Shown one piece after another: positions 23,201 through 36,540 of a DNA stretch of 55,562 nucleotides. Under the pieces are notes generated by a model that made no database searches, was not told the DNA's origin, and worked only from the letters and a program-made list of their open reading frames with translations. A program made the position numbers and the translations under genes. Numbering within the stretch: the stretch's first letter is position 1; the number at the start of each line of letters is the position of its first letter. The stretch is taken from positions 899,328 through 954,889 of the forward strand of contig BFEA01000042.1 of NCBI GenBank assembly GCA_003427395.1, read 5' to 3'. Source of the DNA: Chara braunii (taxonomy: Eukaryota; Plantae; Charophyceae).

Positions 23201-25638
23201 TTTCTATCACCCACTGTAGTATCTATGCACCTGACACTTATTTGAGAAAAAATAAAACAAAGGTTTTAACATGTTTTCAAAATCTCCTTTTCATATTTCC
23301 CCCTGCTCCCCCTTTTTTATTTCTTCACGAGCGTATTGAAACTTGTAAATGCAAACACTACATCTTACACCCATGCAAAACGTATTCAGACTGCAAGATT
23401 TTTCTTGTCATTGTGCTTGTCTATTTTCATATATCCCCCTCCTCATTCTCTCCCTCTTTGCTCGCAACACACCAAAACACTTTTTTTCCTTCCTCTTTCT
23501 TCTCCTCTTTCTTTTTTCGCACCCTCTTTCCCCCCCATCCCTTCCACTTTTCTCATCTCTCTAAGAGTTTGTGATTACAACTTTTTTTTTTTTCCCCTCT
23601 CACACTCATACACACACACATCTCTTTGTCAACTGGCAGGATACTAAAATTAGAAGGTATGAAGGTCAAGGAAGTAAAAAGAAATCCCAAACATCATGAT
23701 TGCAGGGTCATGAAAAAACATTTCATGCCTCTGTAACTATGAAGACGTAACGCATGTTGAGTTAGCCGGGTTGGTTTATGTTGGTTTTTAAAAGCAGTCC
23801 AAGGACGACGTAGTGAGTCAATTTTAACCCACCACTCTCTCTGGCATCAAGAAATTGGGGGGACCGGTAACACAGTTTCGTCAGGGTTACCTGTAGTACA
23901 ATTTGGAAAACAAGAGGAGTGGTAAGAACTGAAAATATGTTCAATTGCATTCGTGATTTATTTTGTGGTCTAAATGATTTTTAATTTTTTTTAAAATATT
24001 TTTTTTATGAAAAGATCACAAAACTACGGACCCTCCCATGGTCAGGGTTTTTGACGCATTCTTCGGAGCGCGAAAAATCGCCAAAGTTAGAATATTTTTC
24101 CCGTTGGCCCACAAATGGCACAGTGGCAGTACAAGAAAATGCACTAATTTGGTGCGGCGATTGTTTTGACATCAAAATGATTTTTTAGAATACTTCTGAT
24201 ATTTTTCTGAAAAGATCATGACAAAATCTATAGGACCCTCAAAATTTTAATTTTTTTTGTGAATCCTTATAAGTGCTAAAAATCGTCAAAGTTGTCGATG
24301 TCAAATTGCAAGACTAGGCCCGCCGTTTCGACCTTCGCTTGCCGTCCTTCCTCAAAACCCGTCCGAACTCACAGGGGGGCTATTCCTGTTGTCGGAGGGA
24401 GTGGTGGTTTAAGTTTGACTTTTTAGAATTCCAAAATTCTGGTCTGAATTTTCTTTTGCTTTCATCTTGCTTGTGAGTATGTAAGGGTTGAGGCAGTGGA
24501 CTTCCTTCATACGCATTGAGTTAGGCAAGTTGATAGGGGTTGTTTTATAATAGCGGTACAAGGAAGAAGTGGTGAGCCTATTCTAAGCTTCTAAAAATTT
24601 TAAAATCCTACCCCAACTTTACCATTGCTTTGATCTTGCTTCCAAATGTGTCATGCTTGCATGAGACCGTGCATCAATTCTGTTGGTTATCTACTTCTCC
24701 CACGTGTATATAAATGTCTTCTGCCTAATTCACTCTTTGCTAGTTATGATGGATCTCTCCCCGAGAGTGCGTACTTCATAACGATTTGGTCAGCTTGAAA
24801 CCCCGAACCGCCAATAAGCACACCCCACCCATGAAAGTTAGATTGAACACTTGAGTTCACAGCGCATGTCAACCGCCACCTTAGGCGCTCCGCCTGCCGG
24901 ATAAAAGAAGTTGGTGTCACAAGGCAAATCGCGTACCTTGCTGGTTCAACAAGACTTGGCATACCGCAAAAATCAGCATCTGGAAAAAAGAGGTTTGGAT
25001 ATACCGGTGGTCTAAGCCAACAAAAAATACTGTTTCGATTCAGTGTGTACAATTTTGGATTGTTGAAACTTCTTTACCCACATACTTCAAGTTCCTGTTT
25101 TTACATGATGATGTAAGCGTCGCTCGGGCCAGTTTGGATTGGGTCGAGAAGGGAATCGCAATGAGTGCCTTTAAACTTGAGTGGTGGGAAAGGGTTTTTC
25201 ACAGGCGCTTGTACCTTGATTTGATCTTCTCTCATGGGATCTCACCTGACATAAAAAACGATTATGGTCGAACGTACGGGCAGGGGAAGGAAGCATTACG
25301 ATGGGCGAGAGGGGGCCTGCCGGGCACATTGGGATCTGGGGGGGGGGATGGATGGTGGAAGGGGCAGTCCGAGGTCGGGGCGATGAGGTAACCAAATAAG
25401 AAATTCAAAAGGGCACAGGCCATGGTAACCAAATGTGTGCCTCTCGTTTAAAAACTGTAACTGCACAGGAAAAAAAATAATTTGGGTCCATATCGTACTC
25501 CTCATTGGATTTAGTTTTTTTTTCCAAAGGGTACCCTCCCAAGGAATCGGGGATCCCATTCATTTGGAAGAATGCGCATAGAAAGGCTAGAGGAATACAG
25601 GCAGGCCAACAATGTGTTATGGATTTTGATTAAGGTCT

Positions 25639-26817
25639 TTTTTTTTTTTTTTTTAAATTGAATGCTCCAATCTATTTGTGTGGAGCATCACGTGCTGGGA
25701 ACCGGGCCCAGCGTCCCTTATAATGGGAATACATAGATGATTGACAATTGATGAAATTTTGGGATGATTAAGGATCATTTTGGAGGATTCAGGATGTCAG
25801 AGTGGGTGATTGAGGTCATGAAATAGAGCTAGATGATGNCTAATCAGAAAGATTGTCTACTCAGCACTAAATTACTATCCTATCCCTAATTTTTTGTATC
25901 CATTCCAAACAACCAATCACAATTGAGCCCGTGTTGTGCACCAATCAGGCCTCTTCCTGGTCTCACACCCCAATCTGGCTTGGTTATAGGGCAGCGCTAC
26001 CCACCCCGGCTTCGACCATCGTCGGCCAAATTGTAGCCATTAGTCAAGTTTGCAGATTGCCTTCCTCCCTCGGCAATTCCAGACCTCTATCCAAAGCCTC
26101 AAGCTCCTACATAAGCAGGTTACAGGGCACTGCCCCAACGCCGGCTAACGTCGTTCTGGCGCCAACTCAACCTGGCTATCGCACAAGAAGACTCAATTAG
26201 GAAATTAGCTAATCTAGAATGCCAACCAGAAATCAAGGATCTGATAATATCAGAATCCTGATCAGCAAAATTTTCTGATGATGAAATATGATGAGTACCT
26301 TGAGATGATCACAAAGATGATGGATAATGATGACGACGCTGATGATTATTTCTCTCCACCCCTCCCCTTTTTCCATCATCCCTCATTTCCTCTTCTCTTC
26401 TCCCCTCATTTCCTCTTCTCCTCTCGCTGCCTCCGCTGAGCCCAACCCCAGCCCCAACGAGAGAGAGAACCTTCCCATTCCCTTCTACCTTGAGGTAACC
26501 AGTTCCCCCAAAAGGTGTACCTCAAAACTAACACTCTAACCTAGTCTGCCTCCGCCAGGAGATAATGCGCCCTCATACATATCTCCCAGCCCCATCCCAG
26601 GTCAACTCCCATCATTTGCGTCTACTCCCTGGAGGGCAATCACCTCCCACCTTGTGTTACCCTTGCGGAGTAGCGCTCTCTTCCCGACCAACCTACCTAC
26701 CAACTAGACCATAGCCTATCTGGGGGATGGGAATATAACCACCAACGCAGAGATAACTACTGATTGATGAAAAAATGAATAAAGAAGCCGTGATGATGAT
26801 GATGATTCAGATTGGTA

Positions 26818-26853
<36 letters not shown>

Positions 26854-27816
26854 AAAGATTCAGATTGGTAGATGATGATGATGATGATGATGATGATGAT
26901 NATGATGATGATAATGATGATGATGATGAAATAAAATTGAAAAAAATAATTAAGGAACGTTGAACTTGCGATGCCCTAATGGCAACGATGTGGAAGATTG
27001 ACAACTCACTATTGCTGTAATGAAATAAGAAGATGACGATGATTACGATTTTTACAGAGAAGTCCGGATGATAATCATGGAGAAGATAAAAAGAAGATAA
27101 ATAACATGGATGACAAATTAGAGAAGCCGATGATGATTACCACCGGTAACTAAATGAGAATTACAGAAATGACAGAAATGACGGTGTCCCCGCTGAAATG
27201 ACAATGATGAAAATCTCGATGCTCTTGATGGATAACCTGCACAAGACAAAAAACAAACGAAAGCACATATACAGGTTGATGACAACCTCCTAACCGCTCT
27301 CTTGATGATTCTCTCCCAGTAGCACTGTGATGATTCTTCAAGTAGGACCAACGTTCTCCGCACTTTGGTCTCCATGGGCCTGACTCCACTTTCCTCCACG
27401 GACATCGACTTTCGTGAACTCGCATGAGCTCTCCAGCCTCTTTAAAGGTCTTGGCTATGGAGTACCTCATGTGAAAAACACAGGGAAAATGTTCAAACAG
27501 CAGCTGCCGCTACCATTCTCCCTTTTCCTTTGTGCCTCAGGCCAGATGCCACGTCAACCTGTGAAGTAGTAATGACCCAACGCCTCTAGATACCACGCGT
27601 GCGTCAAGCACTATCCCCCATCTAATTCACAACATCACATCACCCTCGCACCAGCGCCTCCCTCCCATCGGCTGCCAACACCGCGACACGTGTCAACTAG
27701 CATCTTACTAGTCACCCCAAGCTAGCGCCTTGCCAGCCGCAAGTCACCAGCGCCCCACCACTCACCTGTTGCCAGCGCCTCGCCCCCCGCCAGCAGCCAG
27801 CGCCTCGCCCGCCACC
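25639..27816 (-). mobile_element. 2.2 kb non-coding LINE-dependent retroposon with a 17 bp TSD
   Basis: Poly(T) at 25639-25654. Perfect TSD gattttgattaaggtct at 25622-25638 and 27817-27833. The 3' end is homologous to the LINE 3' UTR at 41496-41548. GC-rich 5' end and no meaningful ORF. Confidence 0.85.
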
Positions 27817-29330
27817 GATTTTGATTAAGGTCTGTATTCCAAGAGTTATGATTTACGAATTTACTCAAAACACTACAGTAGCTAGTACATTTTTTTTTCC
27901 CCCCCTTTTTTACTTGCGGTGGCCCTGGGGGCCTCGCTCCTGATCCGCACTTGCACGAAAGAAAAGCATATGGCTTGTATGGTTACAGTTTCAAGGAGAA
28001 GATCCATTCTAGTTTTCCTCATTTGATGAGTAGTGGAGTGAAGCCCTGAAAATCACATGTCGAGTTAGTAAGTCAGTACTTTAGCAATTGGAGTCCGCAT
28101 GTTCCCTAGTGCACGTGGGGCTGACTCGAAGGTACTGGCGTCGTCCACGTAACGGGCTGACGTAGCGAAGCGCTGAGCTGGCATAAGCAAGTGGCGATAA
28201 CCGGAAAAGTTCCGTCGCATGAAGGTGTTCCCTGAATCCCGCGTAATCTCCATAGCTGCCTCTCATGATGAGTGGTAAACAAGCGAGGTGAATGACATAT
28301 TGTCGTTTGGTGGTGGAGAACAACAGAGTGCGCCCCTGGGTGGCAGATACTGATTGGCATGGGGTGAACAGCGAAGGATCGAAGACTCTGGAGGAGGAAA
28401 GGCAAAGGCAGAAGAACGAATGATGAGAGAAGATAGGAAAAGGTGGAATCTACAAGATATGGAAGTAATATTCTAAGGAGAATTGGTGAAAACAAAATTT
28501 CGACGGCAACAAACATTGCAAGGAAGGAGGAGTTTGCGAAAGCAGTAGAGGAGAGGAGGGGGTGGTGAGGTGAAAATGGATGACAACACGACGAGCAGGG
28601 AAGGAAGTAGAGGCAACCAGTCTACAGGATACAGATATCGCATCCCACGCAGCACAGGAAGATTGATAGGGGAAGACGATTTCGCAAAACCTATACAAAT
28701 GGAGGAGAGGATAGACGACAGAACGACGCTGATCTGGTGGATGGTGACAAGAAAGAAGGCAGAGCGACACACATCGGGAGGGCGAGTGACAAGAAGGTCA
28801 GAAACGACATGTGATAAAAACCCTGCTTCTACCTCTATATCCCCCCTCAATTCAAAAGTCTTCTCCCCGGGATCCCTCGAGCCAAAAACCAAGACATAAC
28901 CAAAACAAGTAAGAAGCGAACCTAACCAAACAATCAAGCGCAATAGAACATTGAAGATCCGCAGTAGGCCAAACAAAACCTTGATTCTCGTTGTAGTCTG
29001 GGTTGGGGCTATTGACAAAAATAAAAATAAATAGTTAAGGATCGGAGTCCCCCTGTCCAACAGCGGGAAACACAACAAATCACACAGATTCAACATAACG
29101 CACAGTTGATCATTAAAGATCCATAATAGATTGAACAGAACGTTCATTCTTGATTGAAGTCTGATTGGGTCTTGCCTTCTGTCAACAGTAGGAAATGGAG
29201 CTGACACACCGGAAGTCCAAGAGAGGGAGATCGCTCATTTTCTATCAGGGAGCTATGAGACATATCTTGAATTGACAACTATCATCTGGCCCGTACGGGC
29301 GGTCAGTAGAAAGGAAAAAGAGACTCGCCC

Positions 29331-32300
29331 ATGCGATCCTCCCCCTTGAGGGACACTCACCTTCTCCCACCTGATCAAGTGACTGCGCAACCTCTGGGGT
29401 CTGCGGTGTCCCTGCCTCTGACAAACGGAGCAGAAAAACAATCCTTCGATTCGGGGATGACTGGCACACCGAGTATATCTATCACAACCCAACCTCCCCA
29501 TGCACATAATGGGAAAGAAAGTGGGAATCAGGGAATAAAGGAGAAAAAACAAGAGGGTGTTGATGTTGATGTGGAGAAGGAGACAGAGAAAATGGATGAA
29601 GAAATGTTGACAGAAGAGGAAAAAAAGGAGGAAGCGCAGACAAGCCACCAAGGAAGTAGGCAAATGTCTCAGGCACCAGAGGGGACAAAACCCACATGGG
29701 CACAACAAGTGAGGGGCACAATTCAGGAAAAAACTTTGACCATAAAGCGCTCCCCAACAAACCCTCAACAAGGAACTGTGGAAGATATGAAAATCCCCCT
29801 CCGAAATCTGTCTGCAGCTCAGACATACCTCCTCACACTTTTTCTTCTTCCTGCGAAATACCAAGTGATCGATTAGGGAGGGAGAAAGATAATGATCAAA
29901 ACCTATCCGATAGAAAAAAACCTTGAAACAAGAGATCAAACATATGTGAAGCATGTCAACAATTGGTTGTTCTATGGGGCGGTTGCGCAAAAATCTGTCA
30001 ATGAAAAGATAAGGTGGATCTGCAAACGTTTGGAGGAGATGAAGGGGATTCATGAGGCAATCCAAACGTTTTTCCTAATACAGACCATATCATCCACAAC
30101 TTTCACAATCCTCAGCCTGTTTGTACAAGACAAACAAAGGATGGATGAGTGGAAGAAAATCCAATGGGGGAGGTCGGAGGTGCGTATTCTACCATGGCAA
30201 CCTAAAAAGATAAGTCCAAAAGAAAAAAGAACAAATGATGAAGGATTGTTTATGGGTAGAACTAAGGCATATCCCTGTTGAGATCCAGACCACGTTTATC
30301 AACGATCTAGATCAACACTACACCATAACAGATTTTATGGACCCACTCCCAACATACGTGGCAAAAAGAGATGACTATGTGATGCTGGCGTTGGACCTCC
30401 CCAAAGAACAACCCATTTCAATGGATGATATTGTGCCTTTCAAAATGGGAGGAAAGACATACCAAATTCATACCGCTCACAAGTTCAGATCATCGTGTTT
30501 CAAGTGCAGGGCATATGGGCATCTGTGTATAGAATCAGCCTACCCACACCACCCGAACAAGAGAGGCCCAGTTGCCTCCAACGCGACCCCCGTAGACCCA
30601 ACAAGTGGTATACTGTTGACCCAGGTCACAAGGGTTGGGTCTACCTGGAGGATCTGGATCAGAAGGGGCAGCCCAATGGATGAGTTTGGGAAGGAAGAGG
30701 GAACCCGTGTAGACACACAAGGTCGTCATAGGACTGGGCACCCTTGTTGGGCGCAATGGAGAACACACCCGAGAGACGCCCGACTTAACCTCCCACAGAG
30801 CAAACACAATCGCCTGGAGGACAGTAACCATCTCCCCCCCAGACCCCCAAGCGCGACAAACACTTGTGCAGGTGCAAAACGTGCAGCAACAACAAAAAAT
30901 CCTTCAAAAAAGTATAAGCAGTCGTCTTGGGGCACGGTGCCAACTGCTTATCTTCCAACAGGACGACTGTTGAGCACTCAGGGGGAGGGGAAAGACCTCA
31001 TGGAGAGACGAGAAGGTAAAAGGAAGGAGTGAGAATCGAAACCTCCACTGGAAGTACAATCAGATCCAGTAGAGGACCCACTCATGGAAGCTTTCGGTCC
31101 ATCCCCGATGGAGGTGGAACGCATACCCGAAACTCCCCTGCCCCCGAAGATCGAGATGGCGGAAGCGTCAGAGTTAGGGAAGGAACAGGCTGACCAACAA
31201 CAAAAGGGGATAAAAGAAGCGTGCACCCAGGAGGAGTGGTTGAAGAAAGTAGTGGATTGGTTGATGGAAAATCTTCCAATGACATATAGAAGTCGGAATG
31301 AAGAATTTTGGGATGGAACCTACAAAGATCTAATCCCCCTCCTATAAAATAGTGCAAGCCTCAAAACAACCTTGGAAAATGGTCTGCCGAAAGGCTCTAA
31401 TTGGAAGGAAGTCTGCCACAAAATTCTGCAAATTGTGGTTAACAAATTTCAGCCTGCGAACCCAGACTGCAGTGCCCGTACCTCTCTAGACCTCGTTATA
31501 ATCCCTACACCTCAAGGGACAGAACACCCGACCCCAGTTTTCCCCCCACCCATGGAGGAGACCCCGGTATGGAAGCAACCATAAAAAAAGCAACAGGAGC
31601 GGGGGTTCAGGAGAAGGCAGGGGCAAACATCAACATGATGGTTCAACATGAACAGGGCGGAAAAACCAATGGGAATGTAGAAGAACAAGGGGATGTTGGG
31701 AAGGTCATAACGAATAACCAGAAAAGGGGGAACTCTCAGGGCGATGTCGAGGACGATAGGAAAGAGATAGAGAGCCGAAAAGGAGATCACAACAAAGTGG
31801 GGCAAAAGATGAATGTGGAGACAGGGAACAACGGAATACAGGGGATGGAAGGAGGAAGGAAGGATGAAGGAAAAGGAAACAAAGAAAATAGAGTGGTGGA
31901 AGGGGTACAAATAAGGGAAGAGAAAAAAAGTAATGCAATAAAACTTGCAGAGGAGGAAGGTTTGTGCCTGACATTGGCTGCATGGAAACCTGAATCAACA
32001 ACGGGTCAGGAACAACAGAAACAACAAAACACGCACTCCCCTTCCCCCTCGAAACTCCCGCATGTGGACTTGACTAGCAGGCGACAAAAAATGCGCCACC
32101 TGCTAGAAAAAGAAGACGCCTTACAAGGACCACTAGACAAGGGCCTAGTCTTCTTGCTGGTCAGGTCCAACGGGAGGGCATGGGAATTCGGTCTTTTCAC
32201 GCCACTAGGGGCAACACATGGTGAGATCACTGTTAAAAGGCGCTCGTCCCTCCTCCTTTCCTTCTCATCTTGGGGAGGTGGCTCCACCCTTCTTAAGTCA

Positions 32301-32597
32301 GATATTGCTCAACTGATTTTGGATCACCTCCCGCCAGGTGCTTCCTCCTCCCTTGTCGTCTCGTATGGCCATCAAAGATTAACAGACAAAAATATCTACA
32401 TCCAATATGATCAAGGGAGGAATGTGGATCTTCGTTGGTTTAACCAGGACACGTTGACGAAACTGCAACTGTTAAAAATTAAACCCAGTGACCTCTGGAC
32501 TGAGGCAGAAGTCACCGCCCTCCTAACTAAACTAATTATAAACAAAACACTGCGAAGTGGGGGTCTGTTGACAACTGAATCGTGGATGCCCCTTTAA
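29331..32597 (+). mobile_element. LINE A ORF1 region (degenerate)
   Basis: Fragments include VRILPWQP, LWVELRHIPVE and a CFKCRAYGHLCIES knuckle (~30496), typical of L1/Tx1 ORF1. It lies directly upstream of the ORF2 endonuclease. The 5' boundary is uncertain. Confidence 0.65.
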
Positions 32598-32636
32598 ACA
32601 GTCCCTGCAGTTTCACAAAGGTTAGAAAGGTTAGAA

Positions 32637-33287
32637 ATGAATGAGATTGACGTGATTAACGCATTATATAACCGAGATAAACATTGGATGTTTTCTAAGA
32701 GGGCAACAAATCTTGATCTGCGGTCGCTAAATGTAAACGGGCTGGCCTCAGCAAAGCAACCCAAGCGGCAAGCGATAATCGAGCATCTCAAAGGAGTGGA
32801 AGGGAGTATTTGGCCTGATGTGGTATGCCTGTAAGAAACCCATCTCCTAGACAACCATGAGCATTGTCACGTCCATAAGAAGATCGTCCATAAGGAGATC
32901 TGGACGCACCAAGCTTACAACGCCCATGCCCCAAAGCCAGGAAGTGTGGGGGTGACCATATGGTTGCCCCCGGAAACAAGGGTGAAACCGCTTAATTGGG
33001 CGACAGATCAGGAAGAAGGCAAATGGGTTTATTTGCCAGCAATATTGGAAATAGAGGTGGTATGCATTCTAAATGTATATGCCCCAAATGAACCGGGGGA
33101 GTGCCAAATTTTCTTTGAAAATCTAAAGACCAAACTGCTAGGAAGTATTCCGATCATCTTGGCTGGAGAGTTCAACGCAGCCCTGGACCGATGGCTCGAC
33201 ACATGAAAAATTCCCTCGCCATGCCCAGCGTATGTGGAGAATCACGAAAGAATCATCATGGATCTATCCCAATCACTTAACCTCATA
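32637..33287 (+). mobile_element. LINE A ORF2, APE-type endonuclease N-terminal part
   Basis: SLNVNGL, DVVCL*ETHL, GVTIWL, LNVYAPN, IILAGEFNAALD. Confidence 0.9.
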
Positions 33288-34753
33288 GTGCAAGGTTCTC
33301 ATTGACCATAACTCTGGTTGTGGCGTTTTTATGTAGTGTTTTCACCCAACGCTTGAAACGAGGTCCAAAATTTAATTTTTCCAGGCAATTGTCTAGAAAG
33401 GTCCAGTCAACATGGTCATAGACTTTTTCAAAGTCAGTGAAAAGGATTGTCACATTGTGTTTAGACTTTCGTGCGAGTTTAATCATCTCATTGACTAGGA
33501 GGATATTATCCTGGATATTCATACCCTTTATGAATCCAGTTTGGTCAGGGTGAATAATATCCTTCATTGCCTTAGCAATGCAATTGACCAGTGTTTTTGC
33601 CATCATTTTGTATACTACTGTGAGGAGGGTGATGGGTCTATAGTTCCTAATTTTTGAACTTGCTTCTTTTTTGTACAGCAGTGTCAGAACCCCATGACCT
33701 ACAAACTCTCCCATCTGACCCATCTCCAATAGTGTTCGGTAGTAGTCCATTAAGTCATGGGAGATGGTCCCTTACATCGATTCTCAAAATTCCTTTGGCA
33801 TGCCGTCGATGCCCGGGGTCTTTTCCTCTTCCACGAGCATTAATGCAGTCCATATCTCCTCCTTCTTTAGGGGCATCTCCAAGAGTTATCTCTGCTGGTC
33901 TGTAAGTGATCGAGAGAGGGGACACAAAAAATCCTCAATTTCCGCTAGTCTCAGTGTTAGTCGTGTGTCCCCACGTTCAGATATGAAGAGGTCCTGATAG
34001 AAGTTCCTTGCTATTTTTTTACATTTTGCTGTTGAGGTATACAGAGGTCCTTGTTGTTGGTTAGGGTCTTCCAAGACCTCAATAATTGTTCGACCTACTT
34101 TTGTTCTAGGCTTCTAGCCATCGCAAAAGATCTCGCATCCATTGTTCCCTCCATTTTGTGTCGGTGGAGCTTACCGCGGATCCTGATTCCTTGCCATCAG
34201 TGCTTCATATGACCCAGGATCAGGGTTTTTAATGTTTGAATTTCATTGGTCAGTTTTGTTAGATGGGTAGCGTCGCTCATGATGTCATCTTTTTGCTGTT
34301 GTAATTGTTGTAATTTATATTGTTGGTCAATTTCCTCTGCGTGGCGTTGTGCCGCCCGGAGTTTTAAGTATTCATTGCTCTTGCGGCCCATAAAAGATAG
34401 GTCATTGTTGAACCATGCTCTATCATCGTGGATCAGGTCTTTTTGTTTTTGCCAAAAGGACCAGACCTCTTTCAAGTAATTTTTAAAATGGTCTATGGTC
34501 AACATGGATGTGTTGAGTTTGTAAAAGCCCCGTCCTTGGTCCGGTTTCTTCTTGAAGGAGAAGATGGTAAGGCACATTGTGTGGTCCAGGCCCGGGTGAG
34601 GGCTACGGGGGAAGATTTCAGCCAATTGTAGAGCCCCTTGTAGCTCTTCTGATATCAAAATCAGATATATCCATGACTTGGATGCGCGTTCGGTTTGGTT
34701 CTTCGGTAACAAGTGAATTTGTGCCGTGTAGGGTATCTCAACCGAAATGAGTC
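33288..34753 (-). mobile_element. LINE A ORF2 internally inverted segment (end of endonuclease to mid-RT)
   Basis: Minus strand reads DSFRLRYPTRHKFT, LDH, RGFYKLNTSML, NFYQDLF, KTPGIDGMPKEF, RNYRPITLL, DQTGFIKG, DFEKVYDHVDW, RVMVN. Confidence 0.9.
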
Positions 34754-35640
34754 TCTCGAAAGGTCCGTTCGTCAAGGAGACCCGATAACACTGTTTTTGT
34801 TTGCGATAGTAATGGAAGCCCTAGCGGCAAACTTAAGAACACATAAGGATATCAAGAGAATCCAAGTCGCTTCAATCCCGGAGGAAGCAATACCGGTATG
34901 CTTGTTGTTCGCTGATGACCTGACCCTGATGGTGGACGCGTCACACACGTCGATGACTGAAGTGCAACATATGATGGAAAAATTTTGCACACTCTCATAC
35001 ATGAGAGTCAACTGGGGGAACAAAACCCTGGGATGGTGGATTCACCATCAAGGAGTAAGGCTGCCGAAGAAGCCACGGGTTAAATGGGTACCCAATGAGG
35101 CCCCCATTCGAGTCCTTGGGATTTCACTAGTAGTAAATGGTAGACCATCAGTAAACGATGAAGAACTGCTCGAATCATCGTTGGAAAAATTGATACAATC
35201 ACTTCATCGATGGGGCGCTCCTTGGTGATAAATAACGTGGTGCTTGCCTCTCTGTGGTACAAATCGGCCAGCTGGGTACTATGGAAGGGCAAACACACTG
35301 CAAGATTTTTTGTCCTACGGACCCAAGAGCCAGAAGATTGGTATGATGAAGTGCCATATGAGTAAAGTGTTGTCCCACTCCTCAGATTCAAGAGGAGTGG
35401 GTCTGTTCTTGCTTTTGTTACGAAGGGAATTGAGGGGAAAAGGATTCCCTGGAAGGACATTCTTCAAAACTACTTACGAATTTTCGGAGGCCAACAACGA
35501 TTGCCGAAAAGGGTGAACGCCAATTTTGTCGGAAGGGTTGCTGGAAGGTACTACAAGAAACTGGTTGAAGAATCGCCACTGCTGCAGAAGAGCTGCACAA
35601 TTTCCCTTACTTCACGACAAAGTTGGGGATCCCGTATCAA
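34754..35640 (+). mobile_element. LINE A ORF2, RT C-terminal half, 3'-truncated
   Basis: LERSVRQGDPITLFLF, LFADDLTL, IRVLGI, INNVVLASLWY. Confidence 0.88.
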
Positions 35641-35984
35641 CTGATGTGACTTGACTCGGCAAGTGGATATCACATGTTCACTTCCTGTCGCACCATAACG
35701 TTTCTTCTTAAATCTTATGACCGCCACAACTACTTGTCTTTACCACTCACTGATGCGATCTCCATCTGCAGTCCTCCTCACCTTCCAACGGGTAAGCCTC
35801 TTGCAATTTTTTCTTTGAAACACGCTTACCATAGAATCATTTTCTACAATGGCGCGTTGCTCCCCAAAACTGCGTGTCTTGCCACTTGTGTCTCCTCCTT
35901 CTGACGATCCTATTCCCGCCAGGATGAATCGGTTGCATGTCATCATATCCTCGGTATGTTGATCTATCGCTTTTTTTTCTTTCC

Positions 35985-35987
<3 letters not shown>

Positions 35988-36083
<96 letters not shown>

Positions 36084-36110
36084 CTCTATCTATCTCTCTA
36101 TCTCTCTCTC
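35988..36110. repeat. (CT)n/(CTAT)n compound microsatellite
   Basis: Directly visible. Confidence 0.95.
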
Positions 36111-36540
36111 ACTCACTTTCCCCTCTCCGTTTTTCCTCCCTCGCTTCCTCAATCCAACTCTAGAGCGTTCTGAATACCATTTCCGTTGGTTGGTTCGACT
36201 ACTTAAGGACAAGTCTTCGGCTGTTTAGGTAGCGCAATTTTTTCCCATGATGATGGTTGTGCCGGCGACACAACCGAAACATGTTGGGAGTTTTCACCGA
36301 CACACTTCAGTTTTGACAAGTTTGATCTAATTAAAGCTTATTTGCGCTACCATGTTGTCTTTTTTCGTATCTAATTGACAGTTTTGACAAGTTTTATCTC
36401 TAGAGTATTCTCGTATGATCTTGACATTTGCGCCAAGCCTACTGAGTATCGATTCTGTAAATAGACTTAGGCAATTGTGACTCTCATCATGCTCTCTAGA
36501 TAAAACATCCCTTCGCTCATTGCAACGTCAGATAGCCGCA

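Noticed and set aside
24744-25391. Short ORFs in the 23.7-25.6 kb region
   Set aside because: No motif was recognised in any frame and stops are frequent. It is probably decayed repeat DNA.
35900-35935. Hammerhead ribozyme at CTGACGA-TCCT..AGGA
   Set aside because: It is followed by TGAAT rather than GAAA, and stems I and III cannot be formed.
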